Of a stretch of DNA of 64,000 nt, positions 8,929 through 17,712 are shown in pieces. The stretch is taken from positions 32,001 to 96,000 of IMG/VR virus record IMGVR_UViG_3300043331_000441; one strand, written 5' to 3'. The notes beneath the pieces are model-generated. The model did not search any database. It worked only from the letters and a program-made list of their open reading frames with translations, and had not been told where the DNA came from. Source of the stretch: a virus. The stretch's first letter is position 1, and each line of letters begins with the position of its first letter. The translations under genes were made by a program, and so were the position numbers.

Positions 8929-9121
8929 CGTCAGATGGGAAAAGACGCTCTATATCGAAGCACGGACATCAGACCAAGATCATCAGGTCGAAACGCTTCA
9001 GTTCACCAGAGGAGAAGAGGAGGACGATCTACTCGTCATGCGCACACGCACAACCACCTACTTCTTCAGCCGCGCCGCGATTGAAGCGATCTACGATCTC
9101 CACAACGAGGTGCCGCGATGA
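8921..9121 (+). CDS. hypothetical protein
   Basis: AAAGGAGAAC RBS before GTG 8921. Confidence 0.7.
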   Translation: MSDVRWEKTLYIEARTSDQDHQVETLQFTRGEEEDDLLVMRTRTTTYFFSRAAIEAIYDLHNEVPR

Positions 9122-9393
9122 GCTGGACGATCAAAGTCGAACCCAGTGGGCTCGATGGACTCAACAAGATCATGTTTCCGTTCGAACGCTGGAAGTGGAT
9201 GGTGTTCGAAGACGACCACATGCCGCTGTTTGCACGCACGGTCAACGGCTACGCGCGCACGAAGGAACAGGCGTTCGCCAGGGGGGAGGAGTGCATCGAA
9301 GAGATCGTGCGCGACCGTGCTCTCCCGCCCCAGATGCCCAATCTCGAAATCCGCAAATACGTGCCAAGGTCAGAGCGTGACACGCAAACGTGA
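9118..9393 (+). CDS. hypothetical protein
   Basis: GAGG RBS, ATGA overlap. Confidence 0.65.
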   Translation: MSWTIKVEPSGLDGLNKIMFPFERWKWMVFEDDHMPLFARTVNGYARTKEQAFARGEECIEEIVRDRALPPQMPNLEIRKYVPRSERDTQT

Positions 9394-9694
9394 TCTGGAC
9401 TTCGAGACGCTCGTTGAGGTGACAAACACGAATATCGCGATCGGGCGCGGCAAGGTTAACGTTGCGCTCGCCGCGATCAAGGTTGCCTGGCAGTCCGAAG
9501 GGGGACGCCCCGAGGACCTGCATAAGGAGATTCGTCTGCGGGCTGCGGCGTACCGCGAAGTGTGGCCGACGCTGACGCTCACACCCACCGCGCTCGCCGT
9601 GCACTGGAAGCGCGTCGCGGCCGAGCGCACACAGAAGCGCGGATCCAAGGGGATCATCGACGAGATGCGAAGGGAGGAGAAACAAGATGAGTGA
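9377..9694 (+). CDS. hypothetical protein, possibly replication-related (LTPTALAVHW motif)
   Basis: Motif resembles the C-termini of some phage replication initiators; weak. Confidence 0.5.
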   Translation: MTRKRDLDFETLVEVTNTNIAIGRGKVNVALAAIKVAWQSEGGRPEDLHKEIRLRAAAYREVWPTLTLTPTALAVHWKRVAAERTQKRGSKGIIDEMRREEKQDE

Positions 9695-9902
9695 CATGGG
9701 AATCATCAACGTCGTCCAGATGACGGGAGAAGTGCGGATCGAACTTGAAGACGGCTTCTACATCTCCCTAAACCGAGGGGGAATGATCGTGGGCAAAGAA
9801 AGGGCACCCCAGGACGAGCACGCACATGTCAGCGCCCTTGGTGCTGATCAGATCGCACGGACGATCATGTCCTGGGAGTTTGTCAATGAAAATTCTCGTT
9901 AG
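9687..9902 (+). CDS. hypothetical protein
   Basis: GGAGGAG RBS. Confidence 0.65.
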   Translation: MSDMGIINVVQMTGEVRIELEDGFYISLNRGGMIVGKERAPQDEHAHVSALGADQIARTIMSWEFVNENSR

Positions 9903-10473
9903 CGGCGACTGGCACGGTCATACGTCTGCCGCCAAGGCCGCCGCCAAGAAGGCCAACCAAACAGGGTGCGCGTTGATCTTCCAGGTCGGCGACTTCGGCT
10001 TCTGGCCGCACACCGACCCCGACTACGTCCGCTTCCTCGCGCTCGGCGGTGGCTACTCGATCGATAAACAGTGGCGGCTCTCGCAGGGACCGAGTGGTCA
10101 GTACTGGTGGCCGCAAGAGACGATCACGCAGCGTGAGGTCTACACAGCGATCGAGGGCGGCGAGACCGACGTGATGTTCACGCATGATGCGCCGGAGGGC
10201 ACTGACATCGGCAATCCCATGTTTACTGAGATGCTCAAGAACACGCCCGAGTGTCATCAGAACCGTATGGCCGTGCGCGCGGTCGTTGATGTCGCGAAGC
10301 CACTACGCCTTTACCATGGCCACTTCCACCATCGCGAGGACTACATGCTCATCCTCGAAGACGGCACGGAGGTCGAGGTGTTCGCGCTCGCGGACTGGCG
10401 TGGCCTGCCGTTCGACAGCACTTGGACGGTGCTTGACACGGCAGGCATCAAACTGCAACGTGCAGTGACCTGA
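9886..10473 (+). CDS. calcineurin-like metallophosphoesterase, apparently internally deleted
   Basis: GDWHG, VGDFG, THDAP and HGHFH motifs present; GNH[DE] motif absent. Confidence 0.75.
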   Translation: MKILVSGDWHGHTSAAKAAAKKANQTGCALIFQVGDFGFWPHTDPDYVRFLALGGGYSIDKQWRLSQGPSGQYWWPQETITQREVYTAIEGGETDVMFTHDAPEGTDIGNPMFTEMLKNTPECHQNRMAVRAVVDVAKPLRLYHGHFHHREDYMLILEDGTEVEVFALADWRGLPFDSTWTVLDTAGIKLQRAVT

Positions 10474-10483
10474 AGGAGAACGT

Positions 10484-10678
10484 ATGAGGTTTAGTTTCAA
10501 CCACCTCGTCTACGAGGTGCCCGACGACGCAGGCATCAGCATCGAGGTCGTTGTTGATGACGAGCACGCCGATTACAACTTCGTGAAGGACGGCGATCAC
10601 ATCCCCATGCTCGGGGGAATCGACGAGGAAGGAAACCCGGTCGAATCATGGGAGGACGTCGGGATTCGGCGGCTTTGA
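10484..10678 (+). CDS. hypothetical protein
   Basis: AAGGAGAAC RBS. Confidence 0.7.
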   Translation: MRFSFNHLVYEVPDDAGISIEVVVDDEHADYNFVKDGDHIPMLGGIDEEGNPVESWEDVGIRRL

Positions 10679-10688
10679 AAGGAGAATA

Positions 10689-10985
10689 TTGGACTCAATG
10701 AGACTCGGTGCGGTGGCAGCAAGCGTTAAGCTCGGCCGCAGAGTCACCTTTCAGGCCTACGGCAATTCGATGAGGCCGCTTATCAAAAGTAACGAGATCG
10801 TGACTGTGCGTCCATTGCTCGTCCCACCGGAGCGGGGCGACGTCGTCCTCGCGCGCGTCAATGGGCACTGGTATCTCCACCTCGTCAGCGCGACGCGCCC
10901 AGGCCAGGTACAGATCTCCAACAACCATGGCCACGTGAATGGCTGGACATCGCTCAAGAATGTCGTTGGGATCCTCGAACGATGA
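10689..10985 (+). CDS. stand-alone S24/S26 peptidase-like domain
   Basis: GNSMRP (catalytic Ser), GDVVLARV...YLHLV; AAAGGAG RBS with TTG start. Confidence 0.7.
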   Translation: MDSMRLGAVAASVKLGRRVTFQAYGNSMRPLIKSNEIVTVRPLLVPPERGDVVLARVNGHWYLHLVSATRPGQVQISNNHGHVNGWTSLKNVVGILER

Positions 10986-11446
10986 CACGCGAGGAATCAC
11001 TCACGATCGTCGAAATGATCATCTCGGGCTGGCCTGATGCGAAGCCACTCGACCGCGACGAAATCGCAATGTACGCGCGTTCGATCCAGGACCTCGACGC
11101 GGAGCTGGCGACGCACGCGGTGCTCAAGGCACACAAGGAATCTCGGTTCCGCCCCGGGCCGCCTGAACTACGCGAGCGCGTACGCGCCGAACGCCGCAGC
11201 CTTGCCGCAGAGCTGCCGCCGATCGAGCCAACCACGGGGCGCCCCCTGCCGATGTGGGTCAAGCGCTGGATCTGTGCGCGCTTGCTCTACAAACGCTTCG
11301 GCAAGGAGCAGGACTTACGACGATTTCCCGAACAGGGGGACTTCGGCGATCTCACCCAGGAGGTGATGCCAGAGGGGGTATGGACGGAAGAGGCAGAAAG
11401 CGTCGGGGAGAAAGAATTCCACGACGCGTTCCGTAGAATGTTCTGA
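10982..11446 (+). CDS. replicative helicase loader/inhibitor-like protein (SPP1 G39P-like N-terminus)
   Basis: MTREE..I..II..WP...MY..SIQDLD...AV..HKESRFRP.PPELRE pattern. Confidence 0.55.
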   Translation: MTREESLTIVEMIISGWPDAKPLDRDEIAMYARSIQDLDAELATHAVLKAHKESRFRPGPPELRERVRAERRSLAAELPPIEPTTGRPLPMWVKRWICARLLYKRFGKEQDLRRFPEQGDFGDLTQEVMPEGVWTEEAESVGEKEFHDAFRRMF

Positions 11447-11465
11447 AAACTCAAAGGAGAACGAC

Positions 11466-12305
11466 ATGAAGAAGTTCCTCGTACTGCTCGCGCTAGCAGC
11501 GTGCGCAGTCATCGGCGTCGTCGCCGGAGTCGCATCCGGTGGCGGCAACCCGCACGGCGACAAGGTGACGATCTGTCACGCCGCCGGTCGGGAGGGCACG
11601 ACGCACTACGAGACACTGACGATCGGCTACCAGGCCGTGTACGGGCCAGCGGGCCACTTCTACGAGAACGGCACGCCGCGCGCCGGGCACGAGCAGGATT
11701 ACCTCGGACCGTGCAAGGGAGACACGACAGACACAACGCCGACAGACACAACCCCGACCGATACCACGCCAACGGATACGACCCCGACAACGCCCACTGA
11801 AACGACGCCCACGACACCGACTACCCCGACCACGCCGTCAAGTCCGACCGGCGCGGCCACGGTGATCTGTGACAACGGCGTCTACAAGGTGAGTGGCACT
11901 GTCGATGGACAGGCAGCAGACAGCGTGCAGCCCGCGACGATCCCCGGCTCGACGAAGGGTACGGTCGAAGTGATCGTCACGCGCGGTGACACGTCAGTAC
12001 GGACAAGCGTGACAGTCAATGGCGACTGTGGGGCGCCCCCAACGACGGCGACAACGCCGACGACAGCGGCAACCACGACCGCGACGACGCCCACGACAAC
12101 CACGACGCCGCCTACGGCAACGACGCCCGCCAAGCCGTCCACGCCGAAGACGGTCAAGCCACCGAAGCAGAAGACGACCTCGGTGAAGAAGGCGGTCAAG
12201 AAGCAGCCGAAGCTGACCGGTAACCCGAAGGTCGATAAGTGCAAGGACCTCGGGAACGGGACGATGCGCTGCAAGGGCGTCGTTGTCACCCAGGGCAGCG
12301 GTTGA
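11466..12305 (+). CDS. secreted Thr/Pro-rich protein with KVTICH...H..D..GPC domain
   Basis: Signal peptide, KVTICHAAG motif, two T/P-rich linkers, basic Cys-containing C-terminus. Confidence 0.8.
   Translation: MKKFLVLLALAACAVIGVVAGVASGGGNPHGDKVTICHAAGREGTTHYETLTIGYQAVYGPAGHFYENGTPRAGHEQDYLGPCKGDTTDTTPTDTTPTDTTPTDTTPTTPTETTPTTPTTPTTPSSPTGAATVICDNGVYKVSGTVDGQAADSVQPATIPGSTKGTVEVIVTRGDTSVRTSVTVNGDCGAPPTTATTPTTAATTTATTPTTTTTPPTATTPAKPSTPKTVKPPKQKTTSVKKAVKKQPKLTGNPKVDKCKDLGNGTMRCKGVVVTQGSG
11720..11840 (+). repeat. in-frame TDTTP/TPT tandem repeats
   Basis: DTTDTTPTDTTPTDTTPTDTTPTTPTETTPTTPTTPTTP. Confidence 0.85.
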
Positions 12306-12496
12306 TGGTCGTACATGGAAAGGGGGCGGCGCAAGCCGCCCCCAACCAACGCCAACGCCTCGCCGTGTGGTGGTGGGGCCTGAGCGACGTTGAGCGCAAC
12401 CGCTACCGCAAACGATTCATGAGTGCGGTCAAGAAGAACCGACGCTTCCGCACTTCGGTGTATCGCCTACTCGCCAGAGAGGAGAACAAGCCGTGA
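12305..12496 (+). CDS. small basic protein
   Basis: TGATG coupling. Confidence 0.55.
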   Translation: MVVHGKGAAQAAPNQRQRLAVWWWGLSDVERNRYRKRFMSAVKKNRRFRTSVYRLLAREENKP

Positions 12497-13248
12497 CGAA
12501 CACGAAATCATCAGATGAGATTGACCGCATTGCGCGATCATTCCACGAGGCCTACGAACGCCTCGCGCCCGAACACGGTTACGCAACGCGCCGCGAGTCA
12601 GCCGTGCCGTGGGATCAGGTACCGGAGAACAACAAGAAGCTGATGCGCGCTGTCGTAGCCGAGATAATTCCCGCCGAAGTGGTGGCTCTCCGCGCCGAAC
12701 TCGCAGAAGCCCACGAGACGCGAGAACTGGCGATCCAGAACGGGGCGCACAACGTGGACGTGCTGCATCAGCAACTCGTTCGCGAGCGTGCTGCGCGGGA
12801 AGCAGCCGAACGGGAACGAGACGAGTACCGCGAGGCCGCACAGAACTGGGAGCAGTCTGCACTCGTGGCCGCTGAGAAGCGGTGGGCTGCCGAACGGGAA
12901 CGAGAAGCGTGGCGCGACTGGATCGACAAGCCCCACAAGGACGACCGCTGGCGGGCCATCTTGCCCCTGCTCCCGCCCGAGTACCAAGGGATCGACAACC
13001 CCGTCGAGCGCCTGATCGAGCGTGCGGAGGCTGCCGAGGCCAGGGAGAAGCATCTAGGGACGCTGTTGCAGCGTGTGGCTGACTCCAAATGTCTCTGCGG
13101 CGGGGAATGGCACTGGACTGGCGTACAAACCCGCTGCACCGGATGCGACCGGGTAAAGGGTTACGGCACCGCTCCGAGGGATGCCGAGGTCATCCGTGCT
13201 GCTCTTGGTTCCGCCGCTGCCGCCGACACCACGGAGGACACGGCATGA
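12493..13248 (+). CDS. modular coiled-coil repeat protein 1
   Basis: GAGGAGAAC RBS; VVALRAELAEA, ERAAREAAERERD, RAEAAEARE and ALGSAAAAD linkers. Confidence 0.8.
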   Translation: MTNTKSSDEIDRIARSFHEAYERLAPEHGYATRRESAVPWDQVPENNKKLMRAVVAEIIPAEVVALRAELAEAHETRELAIQNGAHNVDVLHQQLVRERAAREAAERERDEYREAAQNWEQSALVAAEKRWAAEREREAWRDWIDKPHKDDRWRAILPLLPPEYQGIDNPVERLIERAEAAEAREKHLGTLLQRVADSKCLCGGEWHWTGVQTRCTGCDRVKGYGTAPRDAEVIRAALGSAAAADTTEDTA

Positions 13249-14834
13249 GCAACCCCATCGACGTGCTGCGCGAGGAGCGCGACCGCGAGCGTGCCGCCAG
13301 GGAAGCAGCCGAGGAACGCGCCAGCGTTGCCGAACGGGAACGAGACGAGGGCGTCTCCTACTGGCGAGGCAAGGCTGCCTACTTCGAGCGGCGTGAGAAG
13401 CTGGTCCGCGAGGCTGCCGAGGCCGAGGTGGTGGCTCTCCGCGCCGAACTCGCAGAGGCCAAGACAAACCAGTTCCCGGAGATAGACGAGTCCCTGTTGC
13501 CTGATTCGGTGAGTGGCGCTTCGTGGGACCCTGCGACGCTAACCGCGCTCGCGGAGGCGCATTGCCGCCATGCATGGGATCACAACATGGAAGTCAAGGC
13601 GTGGGTGGTGCTAACGCTGCTTGGCGAGCGTGCCGCCAGGGAAGCAGCCGAACGGGAACGAGAGGAGATGTTGCTCAACGAGGCTGAGGCGCGGCGGGCG
13701 GCAACTCTGGATCGCGAGCGTGCGGAAGCGGCCGAGGCCGACGCGAAACAACTACGGGAGGCGCTGGAACATATCCCCCGGTGCGGCAACTGCATGTCGG
13801 GCCGGACATGGGCCTGCGAGACGTACCAGGGCGCTCTCGGTTCCGCCGCTGCCGCCGACAAGCTCGACTCGTGCCCGCATTGCGGACTCAAAGGCAAGCC
13901 CTTCTGCTGGTGCGGCGAACACGCGCCCGTTCGTGAGGCTGCCGCCCGCGCCGAACTCGCAGAAGCCAACGCGCGAGCTGACAAGTGGCTCGCACGCTAC
14001 GAGGCAGAGCGAGATGACCGCGCGCGCGAGCGTGCCGCCAGGGAAGCAGCCGAACGGGAACGCCGCGATCTGGAGCAGCGCATGGACGACGAGATCGTCG
14101 CGCACGGCAAGACGGAGGAGCGTGCGGAAGCAGCCGAACGGGAACGGGACGAGTTGCTGGACGAGCGGTGGCGGTACGTGCAGGCGGTGGAGGCTGCCGA
14201 GGCGGACAACCAGCGGCTCCGGGACGCGCTGGTGCGCAAAGAGTCGGATGACCGCGAGTTCTGCAAGGGCGGCACGGAGACGTGTGAGCGCTGCGTCGGC
14301 TCATGCGGCATCGAGGAATCGTGGGACGACATCAAGCCGACGGCGATCGTCCAGGCGGTCGGCGGCGTGATCGAGGACGCCTATAGCCGGGTGAACCGCC
14401 CCGGCCCTGGCTCGTTCTCCGTCGATGGCGCGAAGTACGTGCTCGCAGTTGAGGCCAGAGCGGAGGCTGCCGAACGGGAACGAGACGCACTACGCGGCGA
14501 ACTAGAGCAGGCGTATGACTGCTGTGCGAGACCTTCCGGTACCTGCTTTGACCCGTCTGTTCTCACAAAGGTTGGGAGCGCGGATCCGAGTGCCGCCGAC
14601 GTGGACGGGGCCGACAAGCCCGATGTGGCCTCTGGCGGTCATCACGAGTCGGTGGGAGAGCGCCAGGGTAGGCAACCCGCGCTCCCGACACAACTGCTTG
14701 TAGACGCTGCCGGATTCGTCTGGCGCGACTTCGGCGAGGGCTACCTCTCCGGTTGCCCGTTCAATCCTGACAACGAGCCGCTGCCTGAGCCGATCACAGC
14801 CTACGTGAGAGCGGAGGCTGCCGAGGCCAGGGAG
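12679..14834 (+). repeat. dispersed in-frame direct repeat families (14-40 bp)
   Basis: GCCGAACGGGAACG exact at 12805, 12889, 13329, 13647, 14049, 14133, 14469 (and 29139); GTGGTGGCTCTCCGCGCCGAACTCGCAGA at 12679 and 13428; GCTCT[TC]GGTTCCGCCGCTGCCGCCGAC at 13201 and 13833. Confidence 0.95.
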
Positions 14835-15002
14835 CAACAGCTACGGGTCGACCGGCACGAAGCATGGGAGGCGCTCGAAGACATCCTCATGTGCGAGGGC
14901 GACTCGTTCACCGAGGTTGCAGAGCGGGCACGCCGAGGACTTGCCCGCAAGTGGGCCGCTCTCGCTTCCGGCCAGCCCGCCGACAGCCAGGAGGGGGCAT
15001 GA
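13245..15002 (+). CDS. modular coiled-coil repeat protein 2 with several Cys-rich inserts
   Basis: GGAGG RBS before ATG 13245; same linker repeats; CxxC modules between them. Confidence 0.8.
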   Translation: MSNPIDVLREERDRERAAREAAEERASVAERERDEGVSYWRGKAAYFERREKLVREAAEAEVVALRAELAEAKTNQFPEIDESLLPDSVSGASWDPATLTALAEAHCRHAWDHNMEVKAWVVLTLLGERAAREAAEREREEMLLNEAEARRAATLDRERAEAAEADAKQLREALEHIPRCGNCMSGRTWACETYQGALGSAAAADKLDSCPHCGLKGKPFCWCGEHAPVREAAARAELAEANARADKWLARYEAERDDRARERAAREAAERERRDLEQRMDDEIVAHGKTEERAEAAERERDELLDERWRYVQAVEAAEADNQRLRDALVRKESDDREFCKGGTETCERCVGSCGIEESWDDIKPTAIVQAVGGVIEDAYSRVNRPGPGSFSVDGAKYVLAVEARAEAAERERDALRGELEQAYDCCARPSGTCFDPSVLTKVGSADPSAADVDGADKPDVASGGHHESVGERQGRQPALPTQLLVDAAGFVWRDFGEGYLSGCPFNPDNEPLPEPITAYVRAEAAEAREQQLRVDRHEAWEALEDILMCEGDSFTEVAERARRGLARKWAALASGQPADSQEGA

Positions 15003-15202
15003 CGACGATCCGCGTGCGGGAACCAAGCAACGATGGGCGCCTAACCATCGAGTGGTACGCGGTCATGGGCGACGGCGCGTGGATGCTGCTCGACGGCGGA
15101 AACATCGTATCCATCCATGACTGGAAGTGGCAGGCACGACTCGCCCGACGACTGCTGCTCAGACAGCGCCAGCCCACCGACATCCAGGAGAACCCGGCAT
15201 GA
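14999..15202 (+). CDS. hypothetical protein
   Basis: GGAGG RBS, ATGA overlap. Confidence 0.65.
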   Translation: MTTIRVREPSNDGRLTIEWYAVMGDGAWMLLDGGNIVSIHDWKWQARLARRLLLRQRQPTDIQENPA

Positions 15203-15465
15203 CCTCGCCGCGGAATCGTTCCGCTGTTTGTACGCCGAGCGATGATCCGGTGTACGAGCGCTGCGGCACTTGTCTGGTCAGTTCACCGCTTGACGGTCAG
15301 TTGTACTGCGAGCGGCCAGCGGGTCACCGTGGCCCGCATCGTCTGAGCAAGGAAGACGAACGACGCTCCTCCCAGTTCTGGGCGAGGTGGATGCGCCGTG
15401 CGCTCGCCCGCGCGGAGGCCCGTGATGATGATCCCATCGGCACGGTCGAGGAGCGCCATGCCTGA
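15199..15465 (+). CDS. Cys/His small protein
   Basis: AGGAGAAC RBS; RCGTC...YCERPAGHRGPH. Confidence 0.65.
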   Translation: MTSPRNRSAVCTPSDDPVYERCGTCLVSSPLDGQLYCERPAGHRGPHRLSKEDERRSSQFWARWMRRALARAEARDDDPIGTVEERHA

Positions 15466-15658
15466 CCGTTCTGCTGCCGAAACACTCGGCACCGAGCAGC
15501 GCTGCTCGCACGTCGCGCTAGGTGACATAGAGAGCCGCTGCGAGCGCGAACACGGACACGGCGGGGCGCATCACTGCGCGGTCGATTCGGACCCGCATTG
15601 GAGGTACGTCATCTCGTGGTGGCCCAAGGACGCCCGCGCGGAGGCCCGTGATGCCTAG
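15458..15658 (+). CDS. Cys/His small protein
   Basis: GAGGAG RBS; RCSH...RCEREHGHGGAHH, similar to the preceding ORF. Confidence 0.65.
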   Translation: MPDRSAAETLGTEQRCSHVALGDIESRCEREHGHGGAHHCAVDSDPHWRYVISWWPKDARAEARDA

Positions 15659-15890
15659 CGCGTGCCCGAAGTGCGGCACCCCCGGCGCTGAATCCTTAAC
15701 GCATGTCTGCGTCGTGCCTGACCGTCCTGCTGCCGGTGCGCCCGCCTGCCCCGATTGCGGGCTTAGTGGCCGCTTCCGCCCTTCTCGGCTCCGTCCTCCG
15801 CTCTGGCATTGCGACGGGTGTGCCCGTGACTTCCCGCCCCCTTCCGCTGCCGGTGCGCCAACCACCGAGCCGACGAGCGAGGCGCGATGA
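15651..15890 (+). CDS. Zn-ribbon small protein
   Basis: CPKC, CPDC, CDGC; GGAGG RBS. Confidence 0.6.
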   Translation: MPSACPKCGTPGAESLTHVCVVPDRPAAGAPACPDCGLSGRFRPSRLRPPLWHCDGCARDFPPPSAAGAPTTEPTSEAR

Positions 15891-16054
15891 CGATCGAAGT
15901 GGTCGGCAGGCGCTCGGCGCTCCAGTACGCGGTGGACGCCAATGGCAACTGGTGGTGGAAGCACGATTTCAGCAAGCGGTGGCGTCCTGCCGTTTGCGTC
16001 AGGTCGATCCCGCACGAGATCCTCGCTCTCGCCGCTGCCGGGGTGTCGTCGTGA
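15887..16054 (+). CDS. small hypothetical protein (55 aa)
   Basis: ATGA and GTGA overlaps on both sides. Confidence 0.5.
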   Translation: MTIEVVGRRSALQYAVDANGNWWWKHDFSKRWRPAVCVRSIPHEILALAAAGVSS

Positions 16055-16419
16055 CCGGACGTCGGCTAAGAATCATCGTCTGCGGAAGTCGCAACTGGCA
16101 CGACCAACAACGAATCGCCGACCGCCTCGGCCACGTACCGGCCGACGCCACCATCGTCCACGGAGGCGCCCGCGGTGCCGACAGCATTGCTGGTGAAGAA
16201 GCGGCCAGACTCGGTCTTTTGGTCGAACCGCATTATGCCAACTGGGAGCGGTATGGACGCGCCGCGGGGCCGATTCGCAATCGCGAGATGGCCGACGCCG
16301 GTGCCGATCTTTGCATCGCCTTCCTTCAAGAAACACCTGACGCTCCGTCTCGCGGCACTCGTAATATGATCGACCAGGCGCGCGAACGAGGTATTCCAGT
16401 GGAGGTCATCGAGGCTTGA
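16051..16419 (+). CDS. SLOG superfamily protein (DUF2493/YspA-like)
   Basis: IIVCGSRNW...IVHGGARGAD...GRAAGPIRNREM...SRGTRNMI. Confidence 0.88.
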   Translation: MTGRRLRIIVCGSRNWHDQQRIADRLGHVPADATIVHGGARGADSIAGEEAARLGLLVEPHYANWERYGRAAGPIRNREMADAGADLCIAFLQETPDAPSRGTRNMIDQARERGIPVEVIEA

Positions 16420-17678
16420 GGCAATGCCCGAAGTGCGGCGATCCTATGGTCCAGTGGGGTCACGGCAGGATGGAACGCTGGCGTTGCCCGGCATGCCACC
16501 GGAAGCGGCGCAAGCAGTATCACGGCAAAGTCGAAATCATCGAGCAACCGGGATCACATCCGATGCCTGACGCGTCGGTGTTTGTGGACGATCACGATTT
16601 CAAGCTCTATATGGGCAACTGCCTCGACGTATTAGGCACGTTGCCCAGCGAGTCCGTCGATTGCGTGGTTACCAGTCCGCCGTATTGGGGGCTTCGTGAT
16701 TACCGAGCCGAAGGCCAGCTCGGCATGGAATCCACGCCAGAAGAGTTCGTCCAAAACATGACGTCTGTCTTTAGCGAAGCCCGGCGCATCCTTACTCCAC
16801 ACGGCACTTGCTGGGTTAATCTCGGTGATTCGTATACAAGTGGTGGCCGCACCTGGCGAGCACCGGATGCCAAGGACGCCTCAGGCGCACCACGAACAAT
16901 TGGTTCCCGCCCCGAAACTCCGCCAGGACTAAAGCCAAAAGATTTAGTTGGTATCCCCTGGCGCGTTGCTTTCGCGCTGCAGAACGATGGTTGGTGGCTT
17001 CGTAGCGACATTATTTGGTCGAAGGCCAACCCTATGCCAGAATCTGTTCTCGATCGTCCAACACGCTCCCACGAGTACATCTTCCTTCTTACGAAGCAAG
17101 CCCACTACTGGTGGGATATTGAGGCTGTGCGTGAACCGCACAATCCGGATAACCGCAGAATCACAACAGTGCAGGCCGGAGAAGGATCAATCCAACACCG
17201 TGACGGCGAACGCTGGCCAAACAGCGGTCGCAACATACGCTCGGTCTGGTCAATTCCCGCGCAACCGTATCCAGGCGCACACTTCGCAACCTTCCCGGAA
17301 GAACTCGCGCGACGCGCGATTGTCGCCGGATGCCCGCTCAAGGTTTGTCGTGAGTGTGGGAAACCATCCGAACGAATCGTTGAGCGCGACCGTGAAGATG
17401 TAGAGGGGTGGGCGCCCGTGCGCAAGCTAGAACACTCACAAGGCGCGGCCGAACAAGGCAACGGGCGCTTCGGCAATCCGCTTGTCACAACACTCGGCTG
17501 GACCGACTGTGGGCATAACAACTGGAGAAGCGGCATAGTCCTTGATCCGTTCATGGGCAGCGGCACGGTTGCCAAGGTTGCGCGCGACCATCAGCGCCAT
17601 GCTGTCGGCATCGAGTTGAACCCAGAGTATTGCCGCATGATCGCAGAGCGCCTGCAGCAGCTTTCTCTACTTGCCTAA
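16416..17678 (+). CDS. amino-DNA methyltransferase, class beta (N4-C/N6-A), with Zn-ribbon insert (alternative start 16563)
   Basis: VVTSPPYW motif IV precedes LDPFMGSGT motif I; HFATFPEEL. Confidence 0.93.
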   Translation: MRQCPKCGDPMVQWGHGRMERWRCPACHRKRRKQYHGKVEIIEQPGSHPMPDASVFVDDHDFKLYMGNCLDVLGTLPSESVDCVVTSPPYWGLRDYRAEGQLGMESTPEEFVQNMTSVFSEARRILTPHGTCWVNLGDSYTSGGRTWRAPDAKDASGAPRTIGSRPETPPGLKPKDLVGIPWRVAFALQNDGWWLRSDIIWSKANPMPESVLDRPTRSHEYIFLLTKQAHYWWDIEAVREPHNPDNRRITTVQAGEGSIQHRDGERWPNSGRNIRSVWSIPAQPYPGAHFATFPEELARRAIVAGCPLKVCRECGKPSERIVERDREDVEGWAPVRKLEHSQGAAEQGNGRFGNPLVTTLGWTDCGHNNWRSGIVLDPFMGSGTVAKVARDHQRHAVGIELNPEYCRMIAERLQQLSLLA

Positions 17679-17712
17679 CAACATGGCCCAATGCGGCCTA
17701 GAAAGGAGAACG

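Noticed and set aside
12679-14834. CRISPR or mini-CRISPR array
   Set aside because: The repeats are in-frame coding linkers of several families with irregular spacing; no cas genes.
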